Below are positions 37,997 through 47,282 of a stretch of DNA of 64,000 nucleotides, piece after piece. The notes under the pieces were generated by a model. It saw only the letters and a program-made list of their open reading frames with translations, ran no database searches and had not been told where the DNA came from. Source of the DNA: Dehalococcoidia bacterium (GTDB lineage: Bacteria > Chloroflexota > Dehalococcoidia > WHTO01); contig JBBDXC010000013.1 of NCBI GenBank assembly GCA_040902555.1, positions 211,832 through 275,831 on the forward strand, read 5' to 3'. The translations under genes were made by a program, and so were the position numbers. Every line of letters begins with the position of its first letter. The stretch's first letter is position 1.

Positions 37997-39172
37997 CTAT
38001 GCTCTGGGCAGCCCCAAGCCGCGCGTGGCGATGATGTTTCGCTGGATCTCCGACGAACCACCAAGGATGGTCTCGGCGGTCGTCCACTGGTAGTCACGGG
38101 CCAGCGTCCCGGCCAGCTTCTCGCACTTCGAGCCTGGCTCCAACTGGCCGTACAGGCCGAGCAGGTTGACGCCGAAGTTCGAAATTCGCTGGCGAAGCTC
38201 CGTGCCGAAAGCCTTGACCATCGAGGCCTCGTAATTGGGTACCTGGTTCTGGTCCTGCATCCACGTCACGCGGTAGCTGAGCAGCCGCGCCACCTCGACC
38301 GAGACCAGCAGATCGGCCAGCCTGGCCCGCACCATCGGCTGTTCGATCAGGGACTTGCCGTTGGCCTTCGTCTCCTTCGCGTACTGGGCGAGCTGCTCGA
38401 GCGTCCGCCGCGATTGGGTCGTGAAACCGATGGAGGAGCGCTCGAAGTCGAGCGTGGTCGTGGCCACGTACCAGCCGCGGTTCTCCTCGCCCATGATCTG
38501 GTCGCGGGGCACGCGCACGTCCTCGAAGATCGTCTCGGCGAAGCCGGCGTCCTCTCCCAACATGTTGACGATGGGGTTAACACTGATTCCCGGTGAAGAC
38601 ATCTCGACCAGGAAGTAGGTAATCCCCTTGTGCTTCGGGGCGTCGACGTCAGTCCGGCAGAGGACGTGGATCATGTCGGCGTAGTGAGCCTGGCTGGTCC
38701 AGACCTTCTGCCCGTTGATCACGTAGTCGTCGCCATCACGGACCGCACGGCATTGCAGCGAGGCCAGGTCGGAGCCTGAGTTGGGCTCGCTGAATCCCTG
38801 GCACCAAACCACGTCGCCGTTGGCGATTGGCGGCAGGAAGCGCTGCTTCTGCTCCTCCGTCCCGTGAATCATCAGGGCCGGGCCGACCATGCCGACGCCC
38901 TGGGCGTCGAGGTACATGGCGCCGACGGCGGCCATCTCCTCGCGCATGATCAGCTGCTGCATCTTGCTGGCGCCGCGCCCGCCGTAGACCTCGGGCCAGT
39001 GCATGGTGAGGTAGCCGCGCTGCGCCATCTTCTTCTCGAAGTCCTTGCGCTTCTGGATGGCATCCGTGTTGTCTTCAGACTCGTCGTCCGGGACCTCGCC
39101 CCAGGCGTCCTTGAGGAAACCCTTGACCTCGCTGCGAAACTCCTCGTCTTCGGCCTTGAATCGGAACTGCAT
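37997..39172 (-). CDS. acyl-CoA dehydrogenase
   Basis: ACAD three-domain architecture (CQGFSEPNSGSDLASLQCRA...). Paralog of 25707..26891 with similar N- and C-termini. Confidence 0.88.
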   Translation of the reverse strand: MQFRFKAEDEEFRSEVKGFLKDAWGEVPDDESEDNTDAIQKRKDFEKKMAQRGYLTMHWPEVYGGRGASKMQQLIMREEMAAVGAMYLDAQGVGMVGPALMIHGTEEQKQRFLPPIANGDVVWCQGFSEPNSGSDLASLQCRAVRDGDDYVINGQKVWTSQAHYADMIHVLCRTDVDAPKHKGITYFLVEMSSPGISVNPIVNMLGEDAGFAETIFEDVRVPRDQIMGEENRGWYVATTTLDFERSSIGFTTQSRRTLEQLAQYAKETKANGKSLIEQPMVRARLADLLVSVEVARLLSYRVTWMQDQNQVPNYEASMVKAFGTELRQRISNFGVNLLGLYGQLEPGSKCEKLAGTLARDYQWTTAETILGGSSEIQRNIIATRGLGLPRA

Positions 39173-39351
39173 GGATGCCTCCGCGCGCTATAGTGAGTAA
39201 TCACTAACTTAGCGCAACCCAGTTTTCGGCGCACTGAAGGGCAGACCAGGATTGACAACCAACCCGGTTGTAGGGGCAAGTGTCGTAGAAGATCAACCTC
39301 CCGAACTGCATCATCCTCAGACACCCGCCCGCCAATCGCCCGCCGTTTTAG

Positions 39352-39810
39352 ATGGGCCGCCCTAACAAGCACCCGACGTTTGAGACACGCCACTTATTTC
39401 GGAGCGCCAAAGGTATACCCAAGCCGACCAAGACCGAGGTGCTTCCAATGCGGCAGAGCTGCCCGCGGTCCCCTCCCGGACCTACATCACCGCGACCGCC
39501 ACTGACACGGCCAACAACACCTCCGAGTTTTCGTCGCTGCATAGCCGTCAACGTCGTTTGTCGGGGACGCTCGGCCCACATCTTCGGCGGCGCGGCCGCG
39601 GACGTTCTCAATGGGACCCCCCAAGAGGACGTTATCGGCGGCGGCGGCGGCGACGACACCCTGCGCGGCCGTGGCGGCAACGACCTTCTCTGTGGAGGGG
39701 GTGGCTCGGACACCCTCGATGGCGGAGCCGGCAACACCGACGTTTGCGACGGCGGCCCCGCGGCCGATACGTTCCTCGCCAGCTGCGAGCAGCGTTTCGG
39801 CGAACCATAG
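39352..39810 (+). pseudogene. 3' remnant of a secreted calcium-binding-repeat protein (HYR-like segment plus hemolysin-type GGxGxD repeats), frameshifted
   Basis: ORF frame encodes GGGGDDTLRGRGGNDLLCGGGGSDTLDGGAGNTD (RTX-type nonapeptide repeats). The adjacent +2 frame just upstream encodes AELPAVPSRTYITATATDTANNTSEFSS (HYR-like). No signal peptide or N-terminal domain. Confidence 0.4.
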
Positions 39811-39885
39811 CCCGGGAGCAACCGACCGACGGCCGGAGAGCGCCCGGATCCTCGGGGGTCTTCCTACACGTCCCGTGCGCTTATC

Positions 39886-40419
39886 GTGTGGCTTGTGCCG
39901 TCCCCGAAATGGCTACACGACGCGACCCGCCAGGCCTGGACGCCGGGTATGGTGGCCCTGCTGACCCTGATCGCCGGGCTGGCCGCCCTCGCCGGCGATC
40001 GTCCGCTTCTCTTCCCCAGCCTGGGGCCTACTGCCTTTCTTCGCGCCGAGGCGTCCCAGAACCCGCAATCCTCGGTCTACAACACAGTTGCGGGCCACCT
40101 GATCGGGATTTTCAGCGCTTTCGTGGCGCTTTCCATCTTCGCAGCCGATGACGCACCAGCAGTCCTCCAAACTGGCGATACCGACGCCGGGCGCATTTGG
40201 GCTTCTGTTCTCGCGCTTGCGCTTTTGAGCCTGTTGCAGCGAGCGCTTCGCGCCGCCCATCCCCCGGCAGCTGCAACCGTCCTCTTAATAACGCTCGGCG
40301 GCTTCGGCGTGAACTGGGAGGACGCGGGTACGATAATGGGCGGCGTCCTGCTGATAACGCTGGTTAGCGAGCCGCTGCGCCGGTTCCGCCCGCGATCACC
40401 TACTGTCGAAGCTCCTTGA
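39886..40419 (+). CDS. HPP-family integral membrane protein
   Basis: Four hydrophobic helices including LGPTAFL and SAFVALSIF segments typical of the HPP family. Start uncertain. Confidence 0.5.
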   Translation: MWLVPSPKWLHDATRQAWTPGMVALLTLIAGLAALAGDRPLLFPSLGPTAFLRAEASQNPQSSVYNTVAGHLIGIFSAFVALSIFAADDAPAVLQTGDTDAGRIWASVLALALLSLLQRALRAAHPPAAATVLLITLGGFGVNWEDAGTIMGGVLLITLVSEPLRRFRPRSPTVEAP

Positions 40420-40450
40420 CCCTTGCCCGGCCACTCCCGACCCTACATCC

Positions 40451-41803
40451 ATGCTTGGTGAATCAGAGCTGCGGCGCTGGGCCGACGTCGCCCTCGGCTC
40501 CTCGACCGCCGACCAGACCGAGGTCCTTCTCTTCTCGGAGCACGAAGCCCTCACCCGCTTCGCCAACAACTACATCCACCAGAACGTCGAAGAGACCAAC
40601 GTCAGCATCCGCGTCCGCGTCGTCCTCGGCAAAAAGATCGGCGTCGCCACCAGCAACGACATCTCCGACGGCGCCCTCAAGGCCCTCGTCGAACGAGCCA
40701 CAAACCTGGCCCGCCACCAGGTGGAAAACGAAGACTTCCGCTCACTGCCCAAATCGGAGCGAGCGCCGAAGGTAGATGCGTTCGTCGAATCCACGGCGCG
40801 CTGTGGCCCTGAGGAGCGCGCCGGCGTCGTTGGCCAGATCTGCCAGGCCTCCCGCGACGCCGGCTTAATTGCGGCCGGCGCCTTCAAGACAACCGCCGGC
40901 GAGGTCGCAATCGCCAACTCCCTGGGCACCTGGCAGTACAGCCAGGAGACCCTCGCCGATATCAACACAGTCATCATGGGCAAGACCGGTTCCGGCTACG
41001 CCGGCCGCGTCTCGATGGACGTCGCCGATATCGATGGCGACGTCATCGGCCGCGAGGCCGTGGACAAAGCGCAGATGGCGCAGGAGCCGCGGGCTCTCGA
41101 ACCCGGCACCTACGAGGTTATCCTGCAGGACTACGCCGTCTCCGACCTGCTCGACTTCTTCGCTTACCTGAGCTTCGGCGGGCTGGCCTACCAGGAAAAG
41201 CGCACCTTCATGGCCGGCCGCCTCGGCGAGAAGGTCATGGGCGAGAACGTCTCAATCTGGGACGATGGCCTGTCCGGCGAAACTCCGCCGTCGGCCTTCG
41301 ACTTCGAGGGCGTCGTCAAGCAGCGCGTCGACTTCATCGACCGAGGCATCGCCGAAGGCGTCGTCTGGGACAGTTACACCGCCGGCAAGGAGAAGGATCA
41401 GGCTTCGACCGGTCACGGATTGCCGGCCGGCAGCACCTTCGGTCCCGTCCCCATGAACATGGTCATGGCCGCCGGCGACTCAAGCCTCCACGAGATGATC
41501 CGAAACACCAAACGAGGCATATGGGTAACTCGCTTCTGGTACACACGGCCCGTCCACCCGCTGAACGTCATCGTCACCGGCATGACGCGCGACGGCACCT
41601 TCCTTGTCGAGGACGGCCAGGTCAAGCATCCCGTGCGCAACCTGCGCTTCACCCAGGGCTACGTCGAGGCCCTGAACCACGTTGAGGCGATCAGCCGCGA
41701 GCGTTCGCTCCAAAAGGCGATCATCGGCCAGAGCCTTGTGCCCTCTCTCAAGATTGGCAAGTGGGAGTTCACCGGCCAGACAGAGCCCGAAGCCTCGGCC
41801 TGA
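40451..41803 (+). CDS. TldD/PmbA family metalloprotease
   Basis: PmbA_TldD architecture, 450 aa, with conserved C-terminal GxW..R.W motif region (GIWVTRFWY). Confidence 0.85.
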   Translation: MLGESELRRWADVALGSSTADQTEVLLFSEHEALTRFANNYIHQNVEETNVSIRVRVVLGKKIGVATSNDISDGALKALVERATNLARHQVENEDFRSLPKSERAPKVDAFVESTARCGPEERAGVVGQICQASRDAGLIAAGAFKTTAGEVAIANSLGTWQYSQETLADINTVIMGKTGSGYAGRVSMDVADIDGDVIGREAVDKAQMAQEPRALEPGTYEVILQDYAVSDLLDFFAYLSFGGLAYQEKRTFMAGRLGEKVMGENVSIWDDGLSGETPPSAFDFEGVVKQRVDFIDRGIAEGVVWDSYTAGKEKDQASTGHGLPAGSTFGPVPMNMVMAAGDSSLHEMIRNTKRGIWVTRFWYTRPVHPLNVIVTGMTRDGTFLVEDGQVKHPVRNLRFTQGYVEALNHVEAISRERSLQKAIIGQSLVPSLKIGKWEFTGQTEPEASA

Positions 41804-41854
41804 GGCGTGCCCCGGGTATCCCCAGCCCGACCATTTTCCTAACCTGAGACTGGC

Positions 41855-43477
41855 ATGAGCCCCGCCATGCGCCGCGTTTCCCGTCGCCGCTTCCTCGGCA
41901 CTTTGTCCGCCACGCCGCTGGCTGCTCTCTTCATCAACGGCTGCGGCGGCGATGAGGGCAGGGCCGTTGCGCCGGACGTCGAGAGGACAGCCGAGCCCAC
42001 CAAACCGCCGGAACCGACCAGCGCCCGCTTCGACGCCGGCGTCGCCAGCGGCGCCATCACCGACGGCGCCGCCGTCCTCTGGACCCGGATCAACGCAGCC
42101 GCGATCATCCGCGGCCAGGTCTCCCGCAATCCCGACTTCACCGACATCAAAGCCGAGGCCGAGCTCACCCCGCTGGAGGAGGACGGCTTCACCGTGCACT
42201 GGTTCGTCAACGCACTCAGCGCGAACCGCGTCTACTTCTATCGTTTCCTGGCCGACGACGGCGCCAGCCCGGTCGGACGCCTGCGCACGGCCCCGCCCCG
42301 CGAGGAGGAGGCGCCCCTGCGCTTCGCCTTCAGCGGCGACTCGGACGGCACGCGCGACGCCGACGGCAACGCCCCTTACAACGACTTCGAAGTCCTCGAT
42401 GCCGCGGCCGCCGACGACCTCTCCTTCTTCCTCTACGGCGGCGACACCATCTACTCCGACAGCCCGCTGGCGCCGGAGGTCGCAAGGACGACCGACGAGT
42501 ATCGCGCCAAGTACCTCGAGAACCGCGGCTACGGCGCCACCCGCAACCTCCTGTCGCGCGCGCCCGTCTTTGCCATGTTCGACGACCACGAGTTCGGCAA
42601 TGACTTCGAGGGAGAGGACTTCGACAGCGAACGCTACGCCGCCGGCTATCGCGCCTATCGCGACTATTGGCCCGCTGAAGGTGAGCCGGCGACCTGGCGA
42701 TCGGTCACCTCCCCGGCCGACGCGCCGCCTGCCTATCGCAGCTTCCGCTGGGGCAAGCTGGCCGAGTTCTACCTGGTCGACGCCCGCAGCTTTCGTAGCC
42801 GCGACGCCGGCGACCAATGCCGGCTGCCCAATGGCGACCTGGATTTCTTGCCGTCGCTCGGCCGCGAGGGTGTCGGCCCCGACCTCAGCGGCCTGCGGCT
42901 GGTGGCCGGCTACCCCGCGCAGACGGGCCAAGACTGCCTCGACCTGATCGCCTCGACCGAGCGTACGGTCCTCGGCGAAGCCCAGCTGCGCTGGCTGAAG
43001 GAGGGCCTGGAGGGGTCCGGCGCCACCTTTAAGTTCGTCTTCACCGGTCAGCCCATCCAGCAGCTCTTCGTCAACCCCTACGACCGCTGGGAGGGCTACG
43101 AGGCCGAGCGGCGCGAGCTCCTCGAGTTCATCGGCGAACGCCGCATCCGCAACGTCATCTTCCTCAGCACCGACCTCCACGGCAACCTGATCAACGACGT
43201 CAGCCCCGACATGCTCCAGGATCTCGACCCCGTAGCGGTCGAAGTGGTCACAGGGCCGATCGCAACCCACACCTTCGCCAGCAAGATCGCCGCCGCCATT
43301 GGCGAGGACCTCGTCCCCGCCTTCAAGGAATTCCTCGGCACCGCCGCCGGCACCCGCTGCCTCGAGATCGATGTCCCCTCCTACGCGCTTTTCGACGTCA
43401 CGGCCGAAGAAGCGATCGTGGAGATCAAAAACGCCGAGGGCGAAATACTCTACACCGAGACCTTCGCCGCAACTTGA
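41855..43477 (+). CDS. phoD: alkaline phosphatase D (PhoD) family lipoprotein, TAT-exported
   Basis: Twin-arginine motif SRRRFLGT with lipobox (INGCGG). PhoD-like metallophosphatase motifs (GGDTIYSD, FDDHEFGND, GNHE-like). Confidence 0.85.
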   Translation: MSPAMRRVSRRRFLGTLSATPLAALFINGCGGDEGRAVAPDVERTAEPTKPPEPTSARFDAGVASGAITDGAAVLWTRINAAAIIRGQVSRNPDFTDIKAEAELTPLEEDGFTVHWFVNALSANRVYFYRFLADDGASPVGRLRTAPPREEEAPLRFAFSGDSDGTRDADGNAPYNDFEVLDAAAADDLSFFLYGGDTIYSDSPLAPEVARTTDEYRAKYLENRGYGATRNLLSRAPVFAMFDDHEFGNDFEGEDFDSERYAAGYRAYRDYWPAEGEPATWRSVTSPADAPPAYRSFRWGKLAEFYLVDARSFRSRDAGDQCRLPNGDLDFLPSLGREGVGPDLSGLRLVAGYPAQTGQDCLDLIASTERTVLGEAQLRWLKEGLEGSGATFKFVFTGQPIQQLFVNPYDRWEGYEAERRELLEFIGERRIRNVIFLSTDLHGNLINDVSPDMLQDLDPVAVEVVTGPIATHTFASKIAAAIGEDLVPAFKEFLGTAAGTRCLEIDVPSYALFDVTAEEAIVEIKNAEGEILYTETFAAT

Positions 43478-43541
43478 CGACCAACTCGGCGGCCTCGATC
43501 TTGACCGCGTGAGCCCTCGGGAAGCCAACCTCAACTCTATT

Positions 43542-43586
43542 CCCCTCTCCCCTTGGCAAGGGGAGAGGGCTAGGGAGAGAGGTTTA
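43542..43586. repeat. palindromic intergenic repeat family, full copy
   Basis: cccctctccccttggcaaggggagagggctagggagagaggttta, 10 bp upstream of a TTG start. Confidence 0.8.
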
Positions 43587-43596
43587 CGGGCGCCGC

Positions 43597-44604
43597 TTGC
43601 ATAGACCCCTGGCCATTCTTGCCCTGCTCACCTGTGCCATCGCGGGCGTCCTTACCGTCGCCATGCACCTGGCCATCGGCCGCCGCCTCTTCCAACGCGG
43701 CGAGCCCGTCGACCTGGCGCGCAAGACCGGACTGGACCTCGAGCACGTCGAGTTCTTCTCCGCGGACGGCGTCAAGCTCCACGGCTGGCTCTACAAGGCG
43801 GCCAACCCCCGCGCCTCGATCGTCTTCTTCCACGGCACCAGCTACAGCTCACTCGACATGGTCTCGGAGGCGGAGCGGGCGGCGGTCTTTGGCCGCTTCC
43901 TCGAAGACCTTAGCTGCGACTGGTTCATGTTCGACTACCGCGGCTACGGCCCGAGCGAGGGCAGGCCGAGCGAGGCCGGGCTCTACCGTGACGGCGAGGC
44001 CGCCCTCGCCCACCTTCACTCTCGCGGCGACTTCGACATGGAGCGGATCGTCCTCTACGGCTTCTCGCTCGGCAGCGCCGTGGCTGTCGAGATGGCCGTC
44101 CGCCACCGCTGCCTTGGTCTGATGCTGAGGGCGCCCTTTTCGTCGATCCGTGACATCTCGGAGACCCGCGCGCCCTTTACTCGCTATCTCCACGCCCTGC
44201 TGCCCTGGCTGCCGCGCGTGCGCTTCGACACCCGAGGCAAGATCGGCCGCGTCCGCGCGCCACTGCTGGTCATGCACGGCGACAGCGACCTGACGATCCC
44301 GGTTTGGATGGGACGCTGGGTCTACGAGCTGGCCGGCAGCGAAACCAAGCGCTTCGTCGAGCTCAAGCAGGCCGCCCACGGCGACTTCCCGATCGACCAG
44401 ATCGTCCCCGCGATAAACGCCTTCATCGACTCGTTGCCCGACGAAATGACCGCGCCCGCCCCGGTACCCCGAGGCTGGCGCCTCTGGAACGCCCGCGGCG
44501 ACCGTGCCGGCGAACGCTACGTCGAGACCACCGACACAACCCCTCGCCCCGCCGTAGAGGCCGCCACCGTAGCCGCCGGCGACGAAGCCGCCCCGCCGGC
44601 TTGA
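43597..44604 (+). CDS. alpha/beta hydrolase (membrane-anchored; S9/dienelactone-hydrolase-like)
   Basis: N-terminal TM helix, nucleophile elbow GFSLGSA, catalytic Asp/His region (HGDSD...AHGD). TTG start. Confidence 0.8.
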   Translation: MHRPLAILALLTCAIAGVLTVAMHLAIGRRLFQRGEPVDLARKTGLDLEHVEFFSADGVKLHGWLYKAANPRASIVFFHGTSYSSLDMVSEAERAAVFGRFLEDLSCDWFMFDYRGYGPSEGRPSEAGLYRDGEAALAHLHSRGDFDMERIVLYGFSLGSAVAVEMAVRHRCLGLMLRAPFSSIRDISETRAPFTRYLHALLPWLPRVRFDTRGKIGRVRAPLLVMHGDSDLTIPVWMGRWVYELAGSETKRFVELKQAAHGDFPIDQIVPAINAFIDSLPDEMTAPAPVPRGWRLWNARGDRAGERYVETTDTTPRPAVEAATVAAGDEAAPPA

Positions 44605-44810
44605 TACCGGCCGATACGCCTTGTAGGGGCAGCCAAAAGCCGAGCAGTCAGTGACGAGCTGACATCCACATCGCGTTGCCTGCCCCCTCGTGGCATCCGA
44701 AAATGACCTTCGTATCCACCACGCGCCGCTGCCCAGAGCAATACCGAACAGCGCGTCACCCAACCCTTCGACCGAACATCGATGCCGGCCCCGCGGCTTT
44801 TAACGCGGCC

Positions 44811-45044
44811 TTACCGCCTGCGCAGGTTCCGCGCGAACAGGAACCCCGCCCCAAAGCTGATCGCCGCGGCCAGCAACAAGGCCCAGGCCAGCCGCACCGT
44901 GTACTCGTGGACCACGAAGTCAACCTTGACTTCCTGCGAGTTGGCCAGCGCAAACACGGCGAGGACAACGAGCAGCGCGACCCCCGCCCCAATGCGCAAG
45001 TACAATCGCGCCCTGTGAAACCTGGAGCCACCCGTCTCGCTCAT
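44811..45044 (-). CDS. LapA/DUF1049-like small membrane protein
   Basis: Two TM helices and a C-terminal basic tail. Start placed at MSETGG. Confidence 0.45.
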   Translation of the reverse strand: MSETGGSRFHRARLYLRIGAGVALLVVLAVFALANSQEVKVDFVVHEYTVRLAWALLLAAAISFGAGFLFARNLRRR

Positions 45045-45086
45045 TCGCCGTCCTTCTGCCCAAACTCTAAGCAAGCGCGGCTGTTG

Positions 45087-46067
45087 ATGAAACTACTCTC
45101 CCCCTACCTTGCCTTGCTGGTCGCAATCATCTGCCTGTCCCAGGCGTGCGGCGGCGATGACGACCCCGAGCGTCGAACGGCCGACCGCACGCCGCAAGTC
45201 GAGCCCACCGCCCGCTCCTCCAACCCCGATGGTCGGTCAACCGTTATCGCCGACGAAAGTAGCGGCGAAATTACGGTCCACGCCGGAGGCTTCTCCGGGA
45301 CTGTCGATGTCGGCGGCTTCTCCCTCTACATCGAGTGCCGCGGCAGCGGCGCCCCCGCCGTCATCTTCGAGAGCGGCGCCGGGGGCGGCCACGGCGGCTG
45401 GAACTCCATCTGGGACGAAGTGGCCGAGACGACTACCGCCTGCGCCTACGATCGAGCCGCCAGCGGCGACAGCGACCGCCGCCCCGGTGCCCCAGCTGAA
45501 ACAATTCAGCCGTACATCGATGAGCTCCACACGCTCCTCGATGATGCCGACGTCCCCGAGCCCTACGTTCTCGTCTCCCACTCCGCCGGCGGCTACTACT
45601 CGCGGCTCTTCGCCGGCCAGTATCCAGACGAGGTCGCCGGCCTGGTCCTCCTCGACGCCCGCCACGAGGCGTTCGACCTCCGCCAGCGCGATATCCTGCC
45701 GGCGGTGCTCTGGACCAGGGAGGTGCCGCACGGCCTCCTCCTCGGCTATCTCGATGTGACCGACCGCGAGGCAACGCTGGAGCTCCTCCAGGAAGAAGCG
45801 GTGTTACAACCGATGCCGCTGGTCGTCATCGAGGGCGGCCAGACCTTCGTCGCCATCCCGCCGGGCTTCACCGCCGCCCAGAACGAGGCGGTCCGGCTCG
45901 CCTGGTCTGAGGTTCAGAAGACGGTCGCCGATTCGGTCCTCGGCGGCGAGTACGTCTACCTCGCCGATACGAACCACGGCATCCATTACGAGCAGCCCGA
46001 CTTCGTCATCGCCTACATCCGCCGCGTCGTCGAGTCGGTCCGCGCGGGCTGCACACAGCTCTGCTAG
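45087..46067 (+). CDS. alpha/beta hydrolase lipoprotein
   Basis: Signal peptide with lipobox (LSQACGG), nucleophile elbow VSHSAGG, C-terminal His region. Start at internal ATG 45087. Confidence 0.75.
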   Translation: MKLLSPYLALLVAIICLSQACGGDDDPERRTADRTPQVEPTARSSNPDGRSTVIADESSGEITVHAGGFSGTVDVGGFSLYIECRGSGAPAVIFESGAGGGHGGWNSIWDEVAETTTACAYDRAASGDSDRRPGAPAETIQPYIDELHTLLDDADVPEPYVLVSHSAGGYYSRLFAGQYPDEVAGLVLLDARHEAFDLRQRDILPAVLWTREVPHGLLLGYLDVTDREATLELLQEEAVLQPMPLVVIEGGQTFVAIPPGFTAAQNEAVRLAWSEVQKTVADSVLGGEYVYLADTNHGIHYEQPDFVIAYIRRVVESVRAGCTQLC

Positions 46068-46120
46068 CCGTTGGTGTAAACTTTCTGACCAGCGGGACAA
46101 CTAGTTTTCGGGAGCACAAC

Positions 46121-46858
46121 ATGTCGAAGCTGCACCAGCGCATGATCCAGCGGGAGGCCCTCAGGGAACCGCCCTACCGGCAGATCGAGACCATCTCCGA
46201 CGAGGAACGCGCCGAGCTGGTGCGCAAGATCGGCGGCGTCGAGAACTACAACCTCGAGACGCTGGCAATCCTCGTCGAGAAGCACCCCGACAACCCTGAT
46301 TACAAGCGCGCCATGCTCAGCCTCGTCCTCAGCGCCGAGTTCCGCGGCCTCGACGCCTTTGGCCGCTTCGTCTGCCAGTGGCACCACCAGGGTGTGCCCT
46401 GGGAGATGACGCTGGCCATGAGCCGGCAGATGTGGGACGAAACCCGCCACGCCCAACTCAACATGCAGCTCCTCGAAAAATCAGGCGGCGAGCTTGGCGA
46501 ATACCCCGACATCCTCGGCCGCCCACCCGGCGCCGACAAGATGACTCCAGAGGAGCTGGAGCGCTTCGAGAACATCGACCCCGTGCGGACCATGGCCACC
46601 GTCCAGGTTGGCCTCGAAGGCGTGGCCCTCTCGCGATTCATGGACACCCACCTGCTGGGCAAGAAGATCGGCGACGAGGCTCTCGAGCAGGCCCACGACT
46701 ACAACTGGGCCGACGAAGTCACGCACGTCGCCAACGGCGACTACTGGATCAAGCAGCTCTGCAAGGACGACCCCGAGCGCGAGGCCAAAGCCCTAAACGC
46801 CCAGGCCTTCTTCGAGATGGCGATGTCCTTGCAAAGGGAAGCCCTCCCCGAAAAATGA
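46121..46858 (+). CDS. ferritin-like diiron-carboxylate superfamily protein, function unknown
   Basis: Two ExxH motifs (WDETRHAQL, ADEVTHVANG) each preceded by a Glu-bearing helix. Predicted all-helical. 245 aa. Confidence 0.5.
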   Translation: MSKLHQRMIQREALREPPYRQIETISDEERAELVRKIGGVENYNLETLAILVEKHPDNPDYKRAMLSLVLSAEFRGLDAFGRFVCQWHHQGVPWEMTLAMSRQMWDETRHAQLNMQLLEKSGGELGEYPDILGRPPGADKMTPEELERFENIDPVRTMATVQVGLEGVALSRFMDTHLLGKKIGDEALEQAHDYNWADEVTHVANGDYWIKQLCKDDPEREAKALNAQAFFEMAMSLQREALPEK

Positions 46859-46918
46859 CGCCAGTTCCCGCCCCTTCCCCACTAGTGCCACGCGAACACC
46901 CCCACTTCGCCGTCCTGT

Positions 46919-46962
46919 CCCCTCTCCCCTTAGCAAGGGGAGAGGGCTAGGGAGAGAGGTCC
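46919..46962. repeat. palindromic intergenic repeat family, full copy
   Basis: cccctctccccttagcaaggggagagggctagggagagaggtcc, directly upstream of the ferredoxin TTG start. Confidence 0.8.
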
Positions 46963-46964
46963 TT

Positions 46965-47282
46965 TTGGCCTTCAAGATCGAGTTGGCCCCCTGCATAAAC
47001 TGCGGCTGGTGCCGGCGCTCCTGCCCGACGACCTGCATCGAATACTTCGCCACCGGCCGCCGCACGCACGTCATCACGCCGCGCGACTGCATCGACTGCG
47101 GCATCTGCGCCAACGTCTGCCCCGTCGACTGCATCCACCCCGACCCCACCTATTCCCACGAACCAATCGAGCTCGAAGCCGCGCGGGAAAAAGCGCGGGG
47201 CTGGGCCAAGAACCGCCGCCAGCGCAAGCTGCACATGCTCGACGCGGTCGAGACGCGGGTAGAGGCCGGACGCGATGCCTGA
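46965..47282 (+). CDS. 2[4Fe-4S] ferredoxin
   Basis: Two CxxCxxCxxxCP clusters (CINCGWCRRSCP, CIDCGICANVCP). 105 aa. TTG start. Confidence 0.8.
   Translation: MAFKIELAPCINCGWCRRSCPTTCIEYFATGRRTHVITPRDCIDCGICANVCPVDCIHPDPTYSHEPIELEAAREKARGWAKNRRQRKLHMLDAVETRVEAGRDA

Noticed and set aside
41480-43534. 684-aa ORF on the minus strand
   Set aside because: Antisense to the well-supported phoD gene. Gly/Ala/Arg/Val-rich composition typical of spurious high-GC antisense ORFs.
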